From assembly GCA_023484045.1 (NCBI GenBank), contig JAMDAA010000015.1, forward strand, positions 8,659 through 72,658: a stretch of 64,000 nt of DNA, written 5' to 3'. The notes under the pieces were generated by a model. That model saw only the letters and a list, made by a program, of their open reading frames with translations, did no database searches and was not told where the DNA came from. The translations under genes and the position numbers were made by a program. Of the stretch, positions 10,417 to 19,611 are shown in pieces (position 1 is the first letter of the stretch; each line of letters starts with the position of its first letter). This stretch comes from Patescibacteria group bacterium. GTDB lineage: Bacteria; Patescibacteriota; Microgenomatia; Levybacterales; UBA12049.

Positions 10417-11082
10417 ATGGAGCATTTTATCGCACTTTTATTTCCCAATGCGGTTGCTGTTGCGCTTAGTCCGATGCCAATAGCCGCGCTTATCCTTATT
10501 CTTTTAAGTAGTAAAGCAAAAGCAAACAGTATTTCTTTTCTGCTTGGTTGGTTTTTGGGGATTATTGTAAATGTGACTATTTTTTCAACGATATATAGTC
10601 AGATAGGTAGCGGGAGTAAAAACACGACAGCGGTAATTGTCGATGGAATCCTGGGTGTTTTTCTTCTTTACCTCGCCATTAGAGAATGGAAAAGTCGTCC
10701 AAAAACGGGGGAATCACCGAAAACTCCAAAATGGATGCAAGCGATAGAATCTATTTCGCCTTTAAATTCATTCTTAATTGCGTTTTTATTGATCACGATT
10801 AATTCTAAAAATACTGTTTTAGATATTTCAACAGGAGTAATTATTAGCCGCTCTTCAGCATCGTTAACAGAGACAATAATAGCAATAGTTATTTATTCTA
10901 TTATCGCGAGTTTAACAATTATTGTTCCTGTTTTTGCGTTTATTCTTTTTGGGAAAAGGCTAGAAAAAAAATTAAAAGATGCTAAGACTTGGTTTATTTA
11001 TAACAGTTCTGCGATTCTTTTTGTATTATTCTTGATTCTCGGAGTGAGTTTGTTAAGTAAAGCCATAGGAAGTCAGATATGA
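10417..11082 (+). CDS. GAP-family (DUF2910-like) membrane protein, paralog of 7075..7728
   Basis: The ORF track begins at a TTG at 10378. The ATG at 10417 (MEHFIALLF..) is the more plausible start. Multi-TM. Confidence 0.45.
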   Translation: MEHFIALLFPNAVAVALSPMPIAALILILLSSKAKANSISFLLGWFLGIIVNVTIFSTIYSQIGSGSKNTTAVIVDGILGVFLLYLAIREWKSRPKTGESPKTPKWMQAIESISPLNSFLIAFLLITINSKNTVLDISTGVIISRSSASLTETIIAIVIYSIIASLTIIVPVFAFILFGKRLEKKLKDAKTWFIYNSSAILFVLFLILGVSLLSKAIGSQI

Positions 11083-11339
11083 AGAAAAAAGAATTAATTA
11101 ATATTGTCGGATGGTATGGTGCTTTGGCAACACTTGGTGCTTATATTATGGTAAGTTACGGAATTTTAACAGCACATGATTACTGGTATCAGATTTTAAA
11201 TTTATCAGGAGCGATTGGTTTGGGCACATTGTGTCACTATAAAAAAGCTTACCAGCCATTTGTAGTAAATATAATATGGGGAATTATTGCAGTTTCTGTA
11301 ATAATTCATCTTATTTATTCTGCTAATGTTTTTAACTAA
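11079..11339 (+). CDS. Small 2-3 TM membrane protein
   Basis: 86 aa. Overlaps the upstream gene's stop by 4 bp (ATGA), so it is probably translationally coupled. Confidence 0.45.
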   Translation: MKKKELINIVGWYGALATLGAYIMVSYGILTAHDYWYQILNLSGAIGLGTLCHYKKAYQPFVVNIIWGIIAVSVIIHLIYSANVFN

Positions 11340-11450
11340 TTTTTAAAATAAAATCCTATTGCTTTTTAAAAACACTTTCTTACTAATAGATTTAGATGAC
11401 AAAATAAAGTTAAGCGTTACGTGGTAAGGGTCACAGAATCTGCTAATTAT

Positions 11451-11675
11451 TTAATTCTTTCCAATCTCGAAAATTTTGTTTTTCGATTTTATTCCAGACA
11501 GAAGAAATATATTTCCTTTTTTCGCGTTAAAATGCTTGGCCAATGATTCGATAGCCGCCTTATTTGCTTTGCCTTCGAGTGGCGGTTGGTTTACGTAAAC
11601 GTGGAGCGTGTCGAGTAAATCTTTTTCGATCCGCGCTTTTTTAGAATTAGGATGAACGACAATAGAAATTTTCAT
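11451..11675 (-). CDS. DUF167 (YggU/UPF0235) family protein
   Basis: 'ISIVVHPNSKKARIE...LHVYVNQPPLEGKANKAAIESLAKHF' matches the DUF167 pattern 'V.V.PN.KK..I.....L.V.V...P..GKAN..L...LAK'. Confidence 0.7.
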   Translation of the reverse strand: MKISIVVHPNSKKARIEKDLLDTLHVYVNQPPLEGKANKAAIESLAKHFNAKKGNIFLLSGIKSKNKIFEIGKN

Positions 11676-12809
11676 GAGAGTATAATTATACCAAAGAATA
11701 TAATTCCTAATCGAGTTGCAAAGTTTTCCTTAAAATGTTTAACTAATATCAAAGTGAATTTTTTTAAAAAGTATAAAATTTTGCTTTTGATTATTCTTGT
11801 AATTTTTGGGGTAGGCTTCGGTTTTTTTCTTTTCAACCCAGAAAGATTTTTTGGTGTCTATAACCTATGGTTTCAAAAAACAAACAAGCTTTTGCCCCCG
11901 GTTGATGCTCCGAAAGGTGAAGTTTCTACTTACAAAGGTTTTTGGATGCCGTGTTCTTTTATGAATGATGGTTGTCAGCCGATGAATAACACGGAGTTGT
12001 TAAAAGAAATGAACGTTAATATTATCGGTATCGCTCCGAAAATAGTAATAAATTCCAAGGGCGAGATTAATTATTTTCCGATGGAATTTATGGAAAAAAG
12101 GCTAAGTCAGATAGTTAATAAATATCATTCGGAGGAAATCCGGGTTTTTATTTCCCCGGAGCTCGGTTTTTCTGAGAGTTTAGATTTGGGAGGAGGCGAG
12201 CCCAAACCAATTCCCAGAGAAGCAGCCTCAACCCCTGGGTTTTTGGATAAATACGATATTTTACTCGCTGATCTGGCAAAACTCGCAGAAAAATATCACG
12301 TTGAAATATTTTCTCCCATGAACGAACCGGATATGAAATTAGGAAACGGTGTTGTATCCGCGTGGGCTCAAAACATATTACCTGTAATAAAGAGTAATTA
12401 TACAGGTAAAACCCTGTGGAAAGTTGGAAGGGGTGACAACGCCGGAAATGAAATTACTTTTAAAGGATATGACATATTAGGTATTGACTTCACGGCACAC
12501 GGCGGAGACGAGAATCAAAGCTTAGCCGATTTTCCGTCAACGGCTAGGGGAATTATTGACGGGGCTTTGGCCTGGGCAAAAAGAGATGGCATAGAAACAG
12601 TTTTTCTGACCGAAGTAGGTGTTTGGGGAGGAACAATTAAATTTAGCGATCAGGGAAAAGCAATGATTCATAGGATTATTTTTCAGGAAGGGCAGGGGAA
12701 AGTTAGGGGATTTGTTATTCTTGACCCTCCGCCCGATCAGGGCTGGTCGATTAAAAATACTAAAAGCATGGATGAAATAAAAACTTGGTTTACGGAAAAA
12801 CTTAATTAG
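11652..12809 (+). CDS. Membrane-anchored glycoside hydrolase, clan GH-A (GH5-like)
   Basis: Catalytic acid/base motif 'SPMNEPD' (NEP) and nucleophile motif 'FLTEVGVWGG'. N-terminal signal-anchor. The 5' end overlaps the divergent DUF167 start. A GTG at 11754 (VNFFKKYKILLL...) is a plausible true start. Confidence 0.6.
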   Translation: MNDNRNFHESIIIPKNIIPNRVAKFSLKCLTNIKVNFFKKYKILLLIILVIFGVGFGFFLFNPERFFGVYNLWFQKTNKLLPPVDAPKGEVSTYKGFWMPCSFMNDGCQPMNNTELLKEMNVNIIGIAPKIVINSKGEINYFPMEFMEKRLSQIVNKYHSEEIRVFISPELGFSESLDLGGGEPKPIPREAASTPGFLDKYDILLADLAKLAEKYHVEIFSPMNEPDMKLGNGVVSAWAQNILPVIKSNYTGKTLWKVGRGDNAGNEITFKGYDILGIDFTAHGGDENQSLADFPSTARGIIDGALAWAKRDGIETVFLTEVGVWGGTIKFSDQGKAMIHRIIFQEGQGKVRGFVILDPPPDQGWSIKNTKSMDEIKTWFTEKLN

Positions 12810-12848
12810 TAAAATATTAACCGAGTAAGTGAAAAAAGATTAAGAAAA

Positions 12849-13658
12849 TTAATCTGGTTTGATACCGAAGACTCTTACGCTTGCGATTGAAGTAGCAAGT
12901 TTTTGAAATTGCTCCTGTGGCATTTTTAAATTCTTCATTATCGCCTTTACGGCCGGGTTATTTACCATGCTGTTAATGGGTATGGTGTTTTGGGCAATTA
13001 TTTTAACGTCATGAAATCCTGCTTCTTTTATGAAAGCCAGGTAATCTTTTTTTTCAACAGCACCGGCAATACAACCAACGTATGCTTCTATAGAACTTCT
13101 AATGGAGTCAGGAAGTCTTTTAAGTAAAACTATATCGGAGATCATTAGTCTTCCTCCGGGTTTTAAAACCCTGAACGTTTCACTAAAAACGTTCTTTTTA
13201 TCAGGTGAAAGGTTAATGACGCAATTTGAAATAATTATATCAATAAAATTATCATCGATAGGTAAATGTTCAATATCTCCAAGCTTAAACTCAACATTCT
13301 GATAGTTTCCCATTTGAGCATTATGTTTTGCCTTTTCAATCATCTCAGGTGTCATATCAACGCCAATAACTTTTCCCTTTTTGCCAACTTTATTAGCGGC
13401 CAGAAAGCAATCAAAACCTGCTCCAGAACCTAAATCAAGGACAGTTTCTCCTTCTTTAAGTGATGCAAGAGCGACGGGATTGCCGCAGCCAAGACCTAAA
13501 TTAGCTCCTTTGGGAACCGCTGTAAGTTCTTCCTTTGTGTAGCCAATCTTTTGGCTGATATCCTGCGTCGGGCTACATCCTCCGCAACATGAGCTATTCT
13601 GTTTAGCGACTTTTCCATAGTTATCTCTCACAATTTTCTTTATGTCTCTGTTTTTCAT
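12849..13658 (-). CDS. arsM: Arsenite S-adenosylmethionine methyltransferase (ArsM/AS3MT-like), class I SAM methyltransferase
   Basis: SAM motif 'VLDLGSGAGFD'. ArsM-typical Cys-bearing stretches 'CCGGC', 'LGLGCGNP', 'ISNCVINLSPDK' and 'YVGCIAGA'. Confidence 0.65.
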   Translation of the reverse strand: MKNRDIKKIVRDNYGKVAKQNSSCCGGCSPTQDISQKIGYTKEELTAVPKGANLGLGCGNPVALASLKEGETVLDLGSGAGFDCFLAANKVGKKGKVIGVDMTPEMIEKAKHNAQMGNYQNVEFKLGDIEHLPIDDNFIDIIISNCVINLSPDKKNVFSETFRVLKPGGRLMISDIVLLKRLPDSIRSSIEAYVGCIAGAVEKKDYLAFIKEAGFHDVKIIAQNTIPINSMVNNPAVKAIMKNLKMPQEQFQKLATSIASVRVFGIKPD

Positions 13659-13909
13659 TTTTTAGTTACTTTCTCCATGAGGGGACCAAGAATGTTTTTT
13701 ACTGTTTCTTCTAAGTCTTTTGCTTTCATTAAGGCCAGGCAGCAATTTTTTCCTCTATTTTGAAAACTGATAACTGCTAATTTATCCCCAGCTTTTATCT
13801 CGGCTTTATCTCTTACTGTTTTTGGTAATACCATCTGGCCTCGTTCGTCAACACTAATAAGAGCCTCTACTTTGCAATAATCGAAGTCGTTTTTAGTTTG
13901 TCTGGTCAT
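13655..13909 (-). CDS. AbrB/MazE/SpoVT-type (swapped-hairpin) small DNA-binding protein
   Basis: 'ISVDERGQMVLPKTVRDKAEIKAGDKLAV' is a looped-hinge helix motif. Overlaps arsM by 4 bp (operon). Paralog of 45296..45553. Confidence 0.6.
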   Translation of the reverse strand: MTRQTKNDFDYCKVEALISVDERGQMVLPKTVRDKAEIKAGDKLAVISFQNRGKNCCLALMKAKDLEETVKNILGPLMEKVTKK

Positions 13910-14014
13910 ATTTATCTAGTTATTGATATCTGATTATTCTGAAAAATCAGAATATACTGAATATAATAATTGTTGGTTTAAATTTTGTCAAGAGGTTAAA
14001 AATCACTTTGAAAT

Positions 14015-14536
14015 CTATTTTCCAGTCATCTTCATTACTTCACGCATAAAGAAGGGTAGATCCATCGGATGCCTTGAGGTTACTAAATTTCCGTCAACGA
14101 CAACGTCTTTATCTTCCCAAATTCCACCTGCTTTTTTAATATCTTCCGGAACTCCATCATGCCAATAGGAAGTTAAACGCCTTCCTTTAACAACGTCTGC
14201 TTCGACAAGCGTCCATGGACCATGACAAATTGAAGCAACCGGTTTATTTTTTTCAAAAAAAGAATTGGTAATTTCCTGTGCCTTTTTAATTTTGCGAACA
14301 GTTGCCGGCGCACCGTCTGGAGATCCTCCGGGAATAATTAAAAGGTCGTAATAATCCGGATTTACCTGATCGATAGTTTTATCGGGCATTAATGAGTATC
14401 CATTTTCACCACTAATTTCTATTTTTTTTGGTGCGGCTACATCAACCTGCCAACCTTCTTCTAAAAGCCTAAAAATTGGGACATAGACTTCCATGTCTTC
14501 AAACTTATCCGCTGTTAATACAATTGCTTTTTTCAT
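14015..14536 (-). CDS. DJ-1/PfpI family protein (class I glutamine amidotransferase-like)
   Basis: 'LLIIPGG' and nucleophile elbow 'ASICHGPW' with the conserved Cys-His. Confidence 0.85.
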   Translation of the reverse strand: MKKAIVLTADKFEDMEVYVPIFRLLEEGWQVDVAAPKKIEISGENGYSLMPDKTIDQVNPDYYDLLIIPGGSPDGAPATVRKIKKAQEITNSFFEKNKPVASICHGPWTLVEADVVKGRRLTSYWHDGVPEDIKKAGGIWEDKDVVVDGNLVTSRHPMDLPFFMREVMKMTGK

Positions 14537-14662
14537 TGTGCATGTATTATGTTAACTTAAATTATTGTGATAGTTCTGTGTTTTGGCTTACAAATAGGCG
14601 TCACTTTTTGAGGTTAAAATATCTTGTTCTGCCTAGTGGAAAACAGATGTTTTGTTTCAATT

Positions 14663-15145
14663 TTAGGCTTTCAAAGAATTTTTAAATATTTTTAAAGCCT
14701 TAAGTTGTATCGGACTGAAGTGAATTACTGGCCTTTTAGATTTTAAATATTCTATTGCTTCTTCGACCTCCGCCCCTTTTTTAATAAGATATGCCAGAAA
14801 TAGAGTTGGTGCTCTGCCGTGCCCGTTTCTGCAATGAATATAAACTTTTATTTTTCTACTTATTAAAAATTCCAAAGTCTGTACGCCGAGAGTCAATTTA
14901 TCGGGTGTTGGAGCTTCACGGTCTTTAGTTGGTAACCATAAAAAATAATCAACGCCTCTGGGTGCATCAATCCTATCTTCTTCCAGACTAATATCTGCTC
15001 TTACATTTTTTACCAACAATTCCTTATTAAAACCTAATTGACAACACATATTCGTACCTATAAAAACATTGTCGTCAATTTGATCATAATCAAAACCTTT
15101 ATGTCCTAAAGTATGGTTGTATATATCAACAATTTTATTTGTCAT
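14663..15145 (-). CDS. Dual-specificity/protein-tyrosine phosphatase (CX5R)
   Basis: Active-site signature 'VYIHCRNGHGRAPT' (HCxxGxxR[ST]). Confidence 0.75.
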   Translation of the reverse strand: MTNKIVDIYNHTLGHKGFDYDQIDDNVFIGTNMCCQLGFNKELLVKNVRADISLEEDRIDAPRGVDYFLWLPTKDREAPTPDKLTLGVQTLEFLISRKIKVYIHCRNGHGRAPTLFLAYLIKKGAEVEEAIEYLKSKRPVIHFSPIQLKALKIFKNSLKA

Positions 15146-15282
15146 AAATTAAATATAACACAGAAAGAAGGTTGAGTGATTCGGCAGGCTTGCCACTATA
15201 GTAAAAAGATCGAAAAATTAACGTGGTTGATTAAAAATGAAGTTTTTTTAGTTGACGTATTCAGAAACAAGAAAAGAGAATT

Positions 15283-15402
15283 TTATTTATGTCGTTTACT
15301 AGCTTTTTTTGCTAGCATTTGACGCTTTATCTCAAGCCTTTTCTTAGTTTTATGTGAGCGGGATTTCTTTTTCTTCCCAACTCCTGTAGGTCTTTTTGCC
15401 AT
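15283..15402 (-). CDS. Unannotated 39-aa highly basic small ORF (MAKRPTGVGKKKKSRSHKTKKRLEIKRQMLAKKASKRHK)
   Basis: Hand-translated from the minus strand. Below the 60-aa ORF-track cutoff. Lys/Arg-rich like a ribosomal or nucleic-acid-binding peptide. Sits directly downstream of 15437..15949. Confidence 0.25.
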   Translation of the reverse strand: MAKRPTGVGKKKKSRSHKTKKRLEIKRQMLAKKASKRHK

Positions 15403-15436
15403 AGATATGATTATACACTATTTGGACTCGAAAATA

Positions 15437-15949
15437 TTATTTATTTAATTCAGGAGTAAATCCAATAGGGGGATTTATATATACACCTTCTTTTATCATT
15501 TGCTCTACCCAATCTGCTAAAGTATTTCCTGCTTCAAGTTTTTCTGGAACTGCTTGCATAAAAGACGAATCCAATTCATATTTGCCTTTTCCAAGCGTGA
15601 CATCCGCAACTTCTGCTTCACCGATTTTTAAAGTAAGATTATATGGAAAAGATATTCCTTCCAAGCCATGATCAGTTAAAGCAAAAGTTATTTCTCTTCG
15701 GTTGTACCAAGACCAAGAGCTACTGTTACCTTCTACGCATACTTTTATAGTACCTTTGGCTGGTCCTAAATAGTCATGGCCTAATTCAAATCCTTCTATA
15801 AAGTCAATGCTCGCGCCATCTTTAAGTTTTGCGTCCCTGTGTCTTCCGCTTTCAAGTTGAGCACATACCTTATATTTTTGCGATAGTTCGTGCATGCGTT
15901 GATATGCAGATGGCGCAGGCCGAAGTTGTTCTAAATTTGGACTTATCAT
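15437..15949 (-). CDS. Hypothetical protein
   Basis: 170-aa ORF, co-oriented and probably co-transcribed with 16022..16930. No recognisable motif. Confidence 0.5.
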   Translation of the reverse strand: MISPNLEQLRPAPSAYQRMHELSQKYKVCAQLESGRHRDAKLKDGASIDFIEGFELGHDYLGPAKGTIKVCVEGNSSSWSWYNRREITFALTDHGLEGISFPYNLTLKIGEAEVADVTLGKGKYELDSSFMQAVPEKLEAGNTLADWVEQMIKEGVYINPPIGFTPELNK

Positions 15950-16021
15950 ATAAGTTAAAGGATACTAACACCAGGATAGTGATATGTCAAGGGCTAAAAA
16001 AGCACCAGGGAATAGATTGTA

Positions 16022-16930
16022 CTATTTTATTCTGATTGTTAAAAGAGCACCTAGCTCAAAGTATCTTGCTAATATAATTGCAACCTTTCTTGCCTCTGTT
16101 TCATCAAAATCAGCTAAATATTTATTGTGTTTTTTTGCCTCCGAACTGTCTTTGCTAACGATATTTCTTACTTTTCTTGCTATAAAATATGTGGGAATCG
16201 GGATAAGTTCTGTAGTTAAAACTCCCCAATTTATATCGGAAGTTATGCAAAACGTGACTGCGCCAACGGCCATACCTAATGTACCCGCAAGAGCAATTTC
16301 ACGGTTGTCTTTTTTGGCTCTATGAGCGACCTCTCTTAGGAGGAGGATAAATTTTTTTACAGTATTGTCGTTAGCATCAGCGGCATGTTTGGTTTCGTGT
16401 CCCAAAAAAGATTGAACTTCTCTGTGCATGGCTTTATTTAAAAGCCTTTCTGCAAATTTTGTCCCTCTTTCATAAGGCGTCTTTGTTAGATAGTCTGGCA
16501 ATCTTTTTGTCTTTAATAAAGACTCAAAAACTGTAGGACCTCCATAATATATTCCTCCTCTTGCTATATATTTTGCGTAATCAGAATAAGAAGCAAAATC
16601 GTTCCATTCGGGATCTATATATAAGGTGATAGACTTATCTTTTTTAGAGTGTTCTCCATATCGTATAATAGGATTGCCGTCAATAAATTCTTTTTCACCT
16701 GCGTATTCTCTTTCTATAACAATTTTATATTCAGAAACTGTTTTTGGAGACATTCCTAAAGAAATCAATAATTTTGCACAATTATCCGCATTTACATCTA
16801 CAATATAAGGACAAGATTCACTTAGAACACGTTCACCATAAACAACTGTGGGAGGCACGATTGGAGATTCATGAGATCTATTTATTTCTGCGTGTTTAAT
16901 AAGTCTTCGTCCTGTTTCTATAAACATCAT
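16022..16930 (-). CDS. Hypothetical protein with HExxH motif and C-terminal TM segment (putative membrane-anchored metallopeptidase-like)
   Basis: 'SFLGHETKHAADAND' carries HExxH. The TM helix is 'IALAGTLGMAVGAVTFCITS'. Preferred over the overlapping + ORF at 15984..16325 on composition. Confidence 0.45.
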   Translation of the reverse strand: MMFIETGRRLIKHAEINRSHESPIVPPTVVYGERVLSESCPYIVDVNADNCAKLLISLGMSPKTVSEYKIVIEREYAGEKEFIDGNPIIRYGEHSKKDKSITLYIDPEWNDFASYSDYAKYIARGGIYYGGPTVFESLLKTKRLPDYLTKTPYERGTKFAERLLNKAMHREVQSFLGHETKHAADANDNTVKKFILLLREVAHRAKKDNREIALAGTLGMAVGAVTFCITSDINWGVLTTELIPIPTYFIARKVRNIVSKDSSEAKKHNKYLADFDETEARKVAIILARYFELGALLTIRIK

Positions 16931-17089
16931 AGAAATAAATTATATAAAAAAGGAGGCAATTTGTCAAACTATAGGACTATTTTACTCGAGAATCGTAGTT
17001 ACAATATAATCAAATAAGAGTGAAGGATAAGTAAGAGAAGGACTAATGCAAAACCCCTGAAAAAAGTATGGCGAGTATAAGAATTGTAA

Positions 17090-17347
17090 TTACGGCAAAA
17101 ACAGCGACAGTTTTAAGAAAAAGATCGATGGCAATTTTCTTTTTGCCTTCAATATAAAGCTGGAATGGTTGATAGAAAAAAGGTAGCCCATCACGGCAGC
17201 AGAAAGCGTAAAAAGGGAAACAACGGCGATCGGGACAATAACCGAATTTACAGGACCGGTATTTTTAGTTCCAAAAAACATCACAGATGCAATAACAGTA
17301 ATATATAGTAATGCTACAGCGGCATTAATAAACGGGTTTTTAGTCAT
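17090..17347 (-). CDS. Small 2-TM membrane protein
   Basis: 85-aa hydrophobic ORF downstream of the hydrolase gene. Confidence 0.4.
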   Translation of the reverse strand: MTKNPFINAAVALLYITVIASVMFFGTKNTGPVNSVIVPIAVVSLFTLSAAVMGYLFSINHSSFILKAKRKLPSIFFLKLSLFLP

Positions 17348-17373
17348 ACGTTGTAAAATAAGTATAAACCTTT

Positions 17374-17955
17374 CTACTTTATTTTACAAAGTTCGTCTAA
17401 TATCGCTTGTATCCTTACGTTTTTCCCGCTAAAATGTCCCTGACCTTTTTTTACGATCAATTTTCCTCCTAACTGCTTAGATAGATATTTCGCGTGTTCC
17501 AAAGGGCAATAGGGATCATTATCTGAATGAATAAAAACAAATTCTTTTGCATGTTTTTTTATTTGTTTAAAATCAAATGGCTTAAGAAATAATTCCTTCA
17601 AGGAGTCCCATCCAAGATTATTCATAAAAGAGCCAACTAATATGCATTTATCAACTGTTGTGGTATTTGGAAGAGCTTCTAATAAACCGAGAATTTCAAC
17701 GGCCCCCGAAGAATGACCAATTATTACAGAATCATTATCGAATTCCCAGTCTTTATTTGAAAAAATAAAATTATTATATCTTTGGATATTTGGTTTTTCA
17801 GAAAAAGGCAGATTTGGTACCCATACTTTGTACCTTAACTTTTCTAATTCTTTTTTGAGCCAGGGAAACCAGTTGGCCGAAGAATTAGAATTTGTCCCGT
17901 GCAAAATCAGGGCATTTTTCATTACAGAAATTATATCAGTTTTATTTCCAACCAA
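17374..17955 (-). CDS. Alpha/beta serine hydrolase, RBBP9/YdeN-like
   Basis: Nucleophile elbow 'IIGHSSGA' (GxSxG), 'ALILHGTNSNS', C-terminal 'HFS' His. About 190 aa, typical for the YdeN/RBBP9 family. Confidence 0.65.
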   Translation of the reverse strand: MVGNKTDIISVMKNALILHGTNSNSSANWFPWLKKELEKLRYKVWVPNLPFSEKPNIQRYNNFIFSNKDWEFDNDSVIIGHSSGAVEILGLLEALPNTTTVDKCILVGSFMNNLGWDSLKELFLKPFDFKQIKKHAKEFVFIHSDNDPYCPLEHAKYLSKQLGGKLIVKKGQGHFSGKNVRIQAILDELCKIK

Positions 17956-18250
17956 TCTCGGAATAAATAATCTTTTTAAGAGAGTTTTGTACCGCTAGCC
18001 GTATGTGAAGAAGTCAACTTCGACGCCGAAAATCGCAGAAATTGCAGGCATCGCGATAGGGAACAAGAAGATCTATTTAAATCCCATCCAGAAAAACCAA
18101 GCGCCGATGAGTAATATTACTATGCCCCAAATTGTCTGCTTGCCTTTGAACATTTGCGCCTGTTTATGAACATGTTCCGGAAATCAAATTTTCATAGTTT
18201 CTAAATTGTATTACTTTTTTAATAAACAACCCACCGCTTCCTCTCTTTTA

Positions 18251-18955
18251 TTAACTCGTAATTTTTGATAGTTGAAACAATCTCCGGCCTACTATGATAA
18301 ACCACACCATCATCGGAATCAGTGAAAGAAAGGACATAATTAAACCTATTATTCCCACAGTTGGAGGTACGAGCATTAATATTCCCATGCCGATACCGAT
18401 ATACGCAGTTGTTTTGCTGAATAGCTCGCTTTTTAACATGGTTACGGAATCAATAAGAAGCGCTATGGCAACAAGAACGTAACTCGCATTAAAAGCCGTT
18501 CCTTGGTAGGTAGCCAAAAACATTTGTCCTGCCGATAGAAGTGCAGTTTTTTGAACTTCTGTCGTTGCAATAATATATTGATTGCTTAAGGAAAGCATTT
18601 CAAAGGCAACTCCTGAGGAAAAATAAATTGCTATACCCACTAAGCCTAAGGTTGTAGCCAATAGCGTATATGACTCATTTTTTCGTTTGAGAAGGATATA
18701 TAAAGTTAAAAACAATGGAATCTGCAAAATCCAATCGATAAACATGATTGCATCTAGAGACAGGAGGCCTAAGATTGTGTTCTTCTGAAACAAATTGAAA
18801 AAGCCGATGACATCCTTTGGAGGCGGACTTACTACATAAACGACTATCTGAATAATAACAAGGAAGACGATTGTGTATAAAGTAAATCCGGTAACCTTTA
18901 ATAGTGGTTTCCATACTGTTAAATTTATATTGGTATTATTTAAAAATTTATTCAT
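18251..18955 (-). CDS. Multi-TM membrane protein (DUF4386-like)
   Basis: 234 aa with about 6 TM segments. Family assignment is tentative. Confidence 0.4.
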   Translation of the reverse strand: MNKFLNNTNINLTVWKPLLKVTGFTLYTIVFLVIIQIVVYVVSPPPKDVIGFFNLFQKNTILGLLSLDAIMFIDWILQIPLFLTLYILLKRKNESYTLLATTLGLVGIAIYFSSGVAFEMLSLSNQYIIATTEVQKTALLSAGQMFLATYQGTAFNASYVLVAIALLIDSVTMLKSELFSKTTAYIGIGMGILMLVPPTVGIIGLIMSFLSLIPMMVWFIIVGRRLFQLSKITS

Positions 18956-18956
18956 G

Positions 18957-19346
18957 TTATGTGTTTTTAATTTTCAGAGATAGGTATATAATTCCGGCTG
19001 AAATTGCAGCTACGGTAAACTCAAGAAGCGTATAGCCCAACGGAGCAACTTCAGGTTGCATTAAATGTAGTTGATCAGCGATAACCTGCAGGATGTTTAA
19101 AACTCCCACAGCTATTCCAAATATACTTCCAAGCTTTGGCTTCTTAAACATTAACGGAATAGTGGCGATTTCAGTAATAACGATTGTTAAAAAGAAGAAC
19201 AACCACACAATAGATACATTACCTTGAGTGCGTGTTTCGAATCCAATAGGAGCAGGAAACTCTAAAATCGTGATAGCGATAATGGTAACGATACAACCAA
19301 TGACCTTAAATCTTGCCTTTTTGATAATTTGTTTCTTTTCTGTCAT
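18957..19346 (-). CDS. Membrane protein (4 TM), unknown
   Basis: 129-aa ORF. Its stop lies 1 bp upstream of the start of the next gene. Confidence 0.45.
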   Translation of the reverse strand: MTEKKQIIKKARFKVIGCIVTIIAITILEFPAPIGFETRTQGNVSIVWLFFFLTIVITEIATIPLMFKKPKLGSIFGIAVGVLNILQVIADQLHLMQPEVAPLGYTLLEFTVAAISAGIIYLSLKIKNT

Positions 19347-19611
19347 ACACGATCAGTATAGCAACTTATATACGTTTTAAAAAAGCGGTGAAAACTACTT
19401 TATAGAGACCTTGTAAAATACGGTTTAACACATGTTTGAAGCTAAATTGATTTATACCGTTTGAAATCAGCGATTGTGACCAGAGTTCATAATAAGGTTA
19501 AACTTGGCATATTAAATGCCGACTGGTTCTGTGGTTAGTCCTACCCCGGGATCTTCGCTCCGCTATGTTCGCTTCGAGACTCGAATCCCATTCTAATTTT
19601 TTAGTTCAGCA

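Noticed and set aside
14663-15145. CX5R phosphatase as an arsenate reductase partner of arsM.
   Set aside because: Known ArsC enzymes are LMW-PTP, Spx/glutaredoxin-coupled or rhodanese/Cdc25 (Acr2) folds. This is a classic dual-specificity phosphatase signature, so no functional link is claimed.
15984-16325. 113-aa plus-strand ORF overlapping 16022..16930.
   Set aside because: Low-complexity, hydrophobic and fully nested antisense to a 302-aa ORF with normal composition. The minus-strand gene is preferred.
18060-18153. 26-aa hydrophobic micro-ORF (MFKGKQTIWGIVILLIGAWFFWMGFK) on the minus strand in the 17956..18250 gap.
   Set aside because: Too short to evaluate without conservation data, and no RBS or promoter was evident. 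Noted only as a candidate micropeptide.
19530-19610. Possible second tRNA next to tRNA-Asn (contains GATTCGAGTC and GGTTAGTCC-like words).
   Set aside because: Could not be folded into a cloverleaf with a 7-bp acceptor, a 5-bp T-stem and a 7-nt T-loop on either strand. Kept only as a tRNA-like remnant in the findings.
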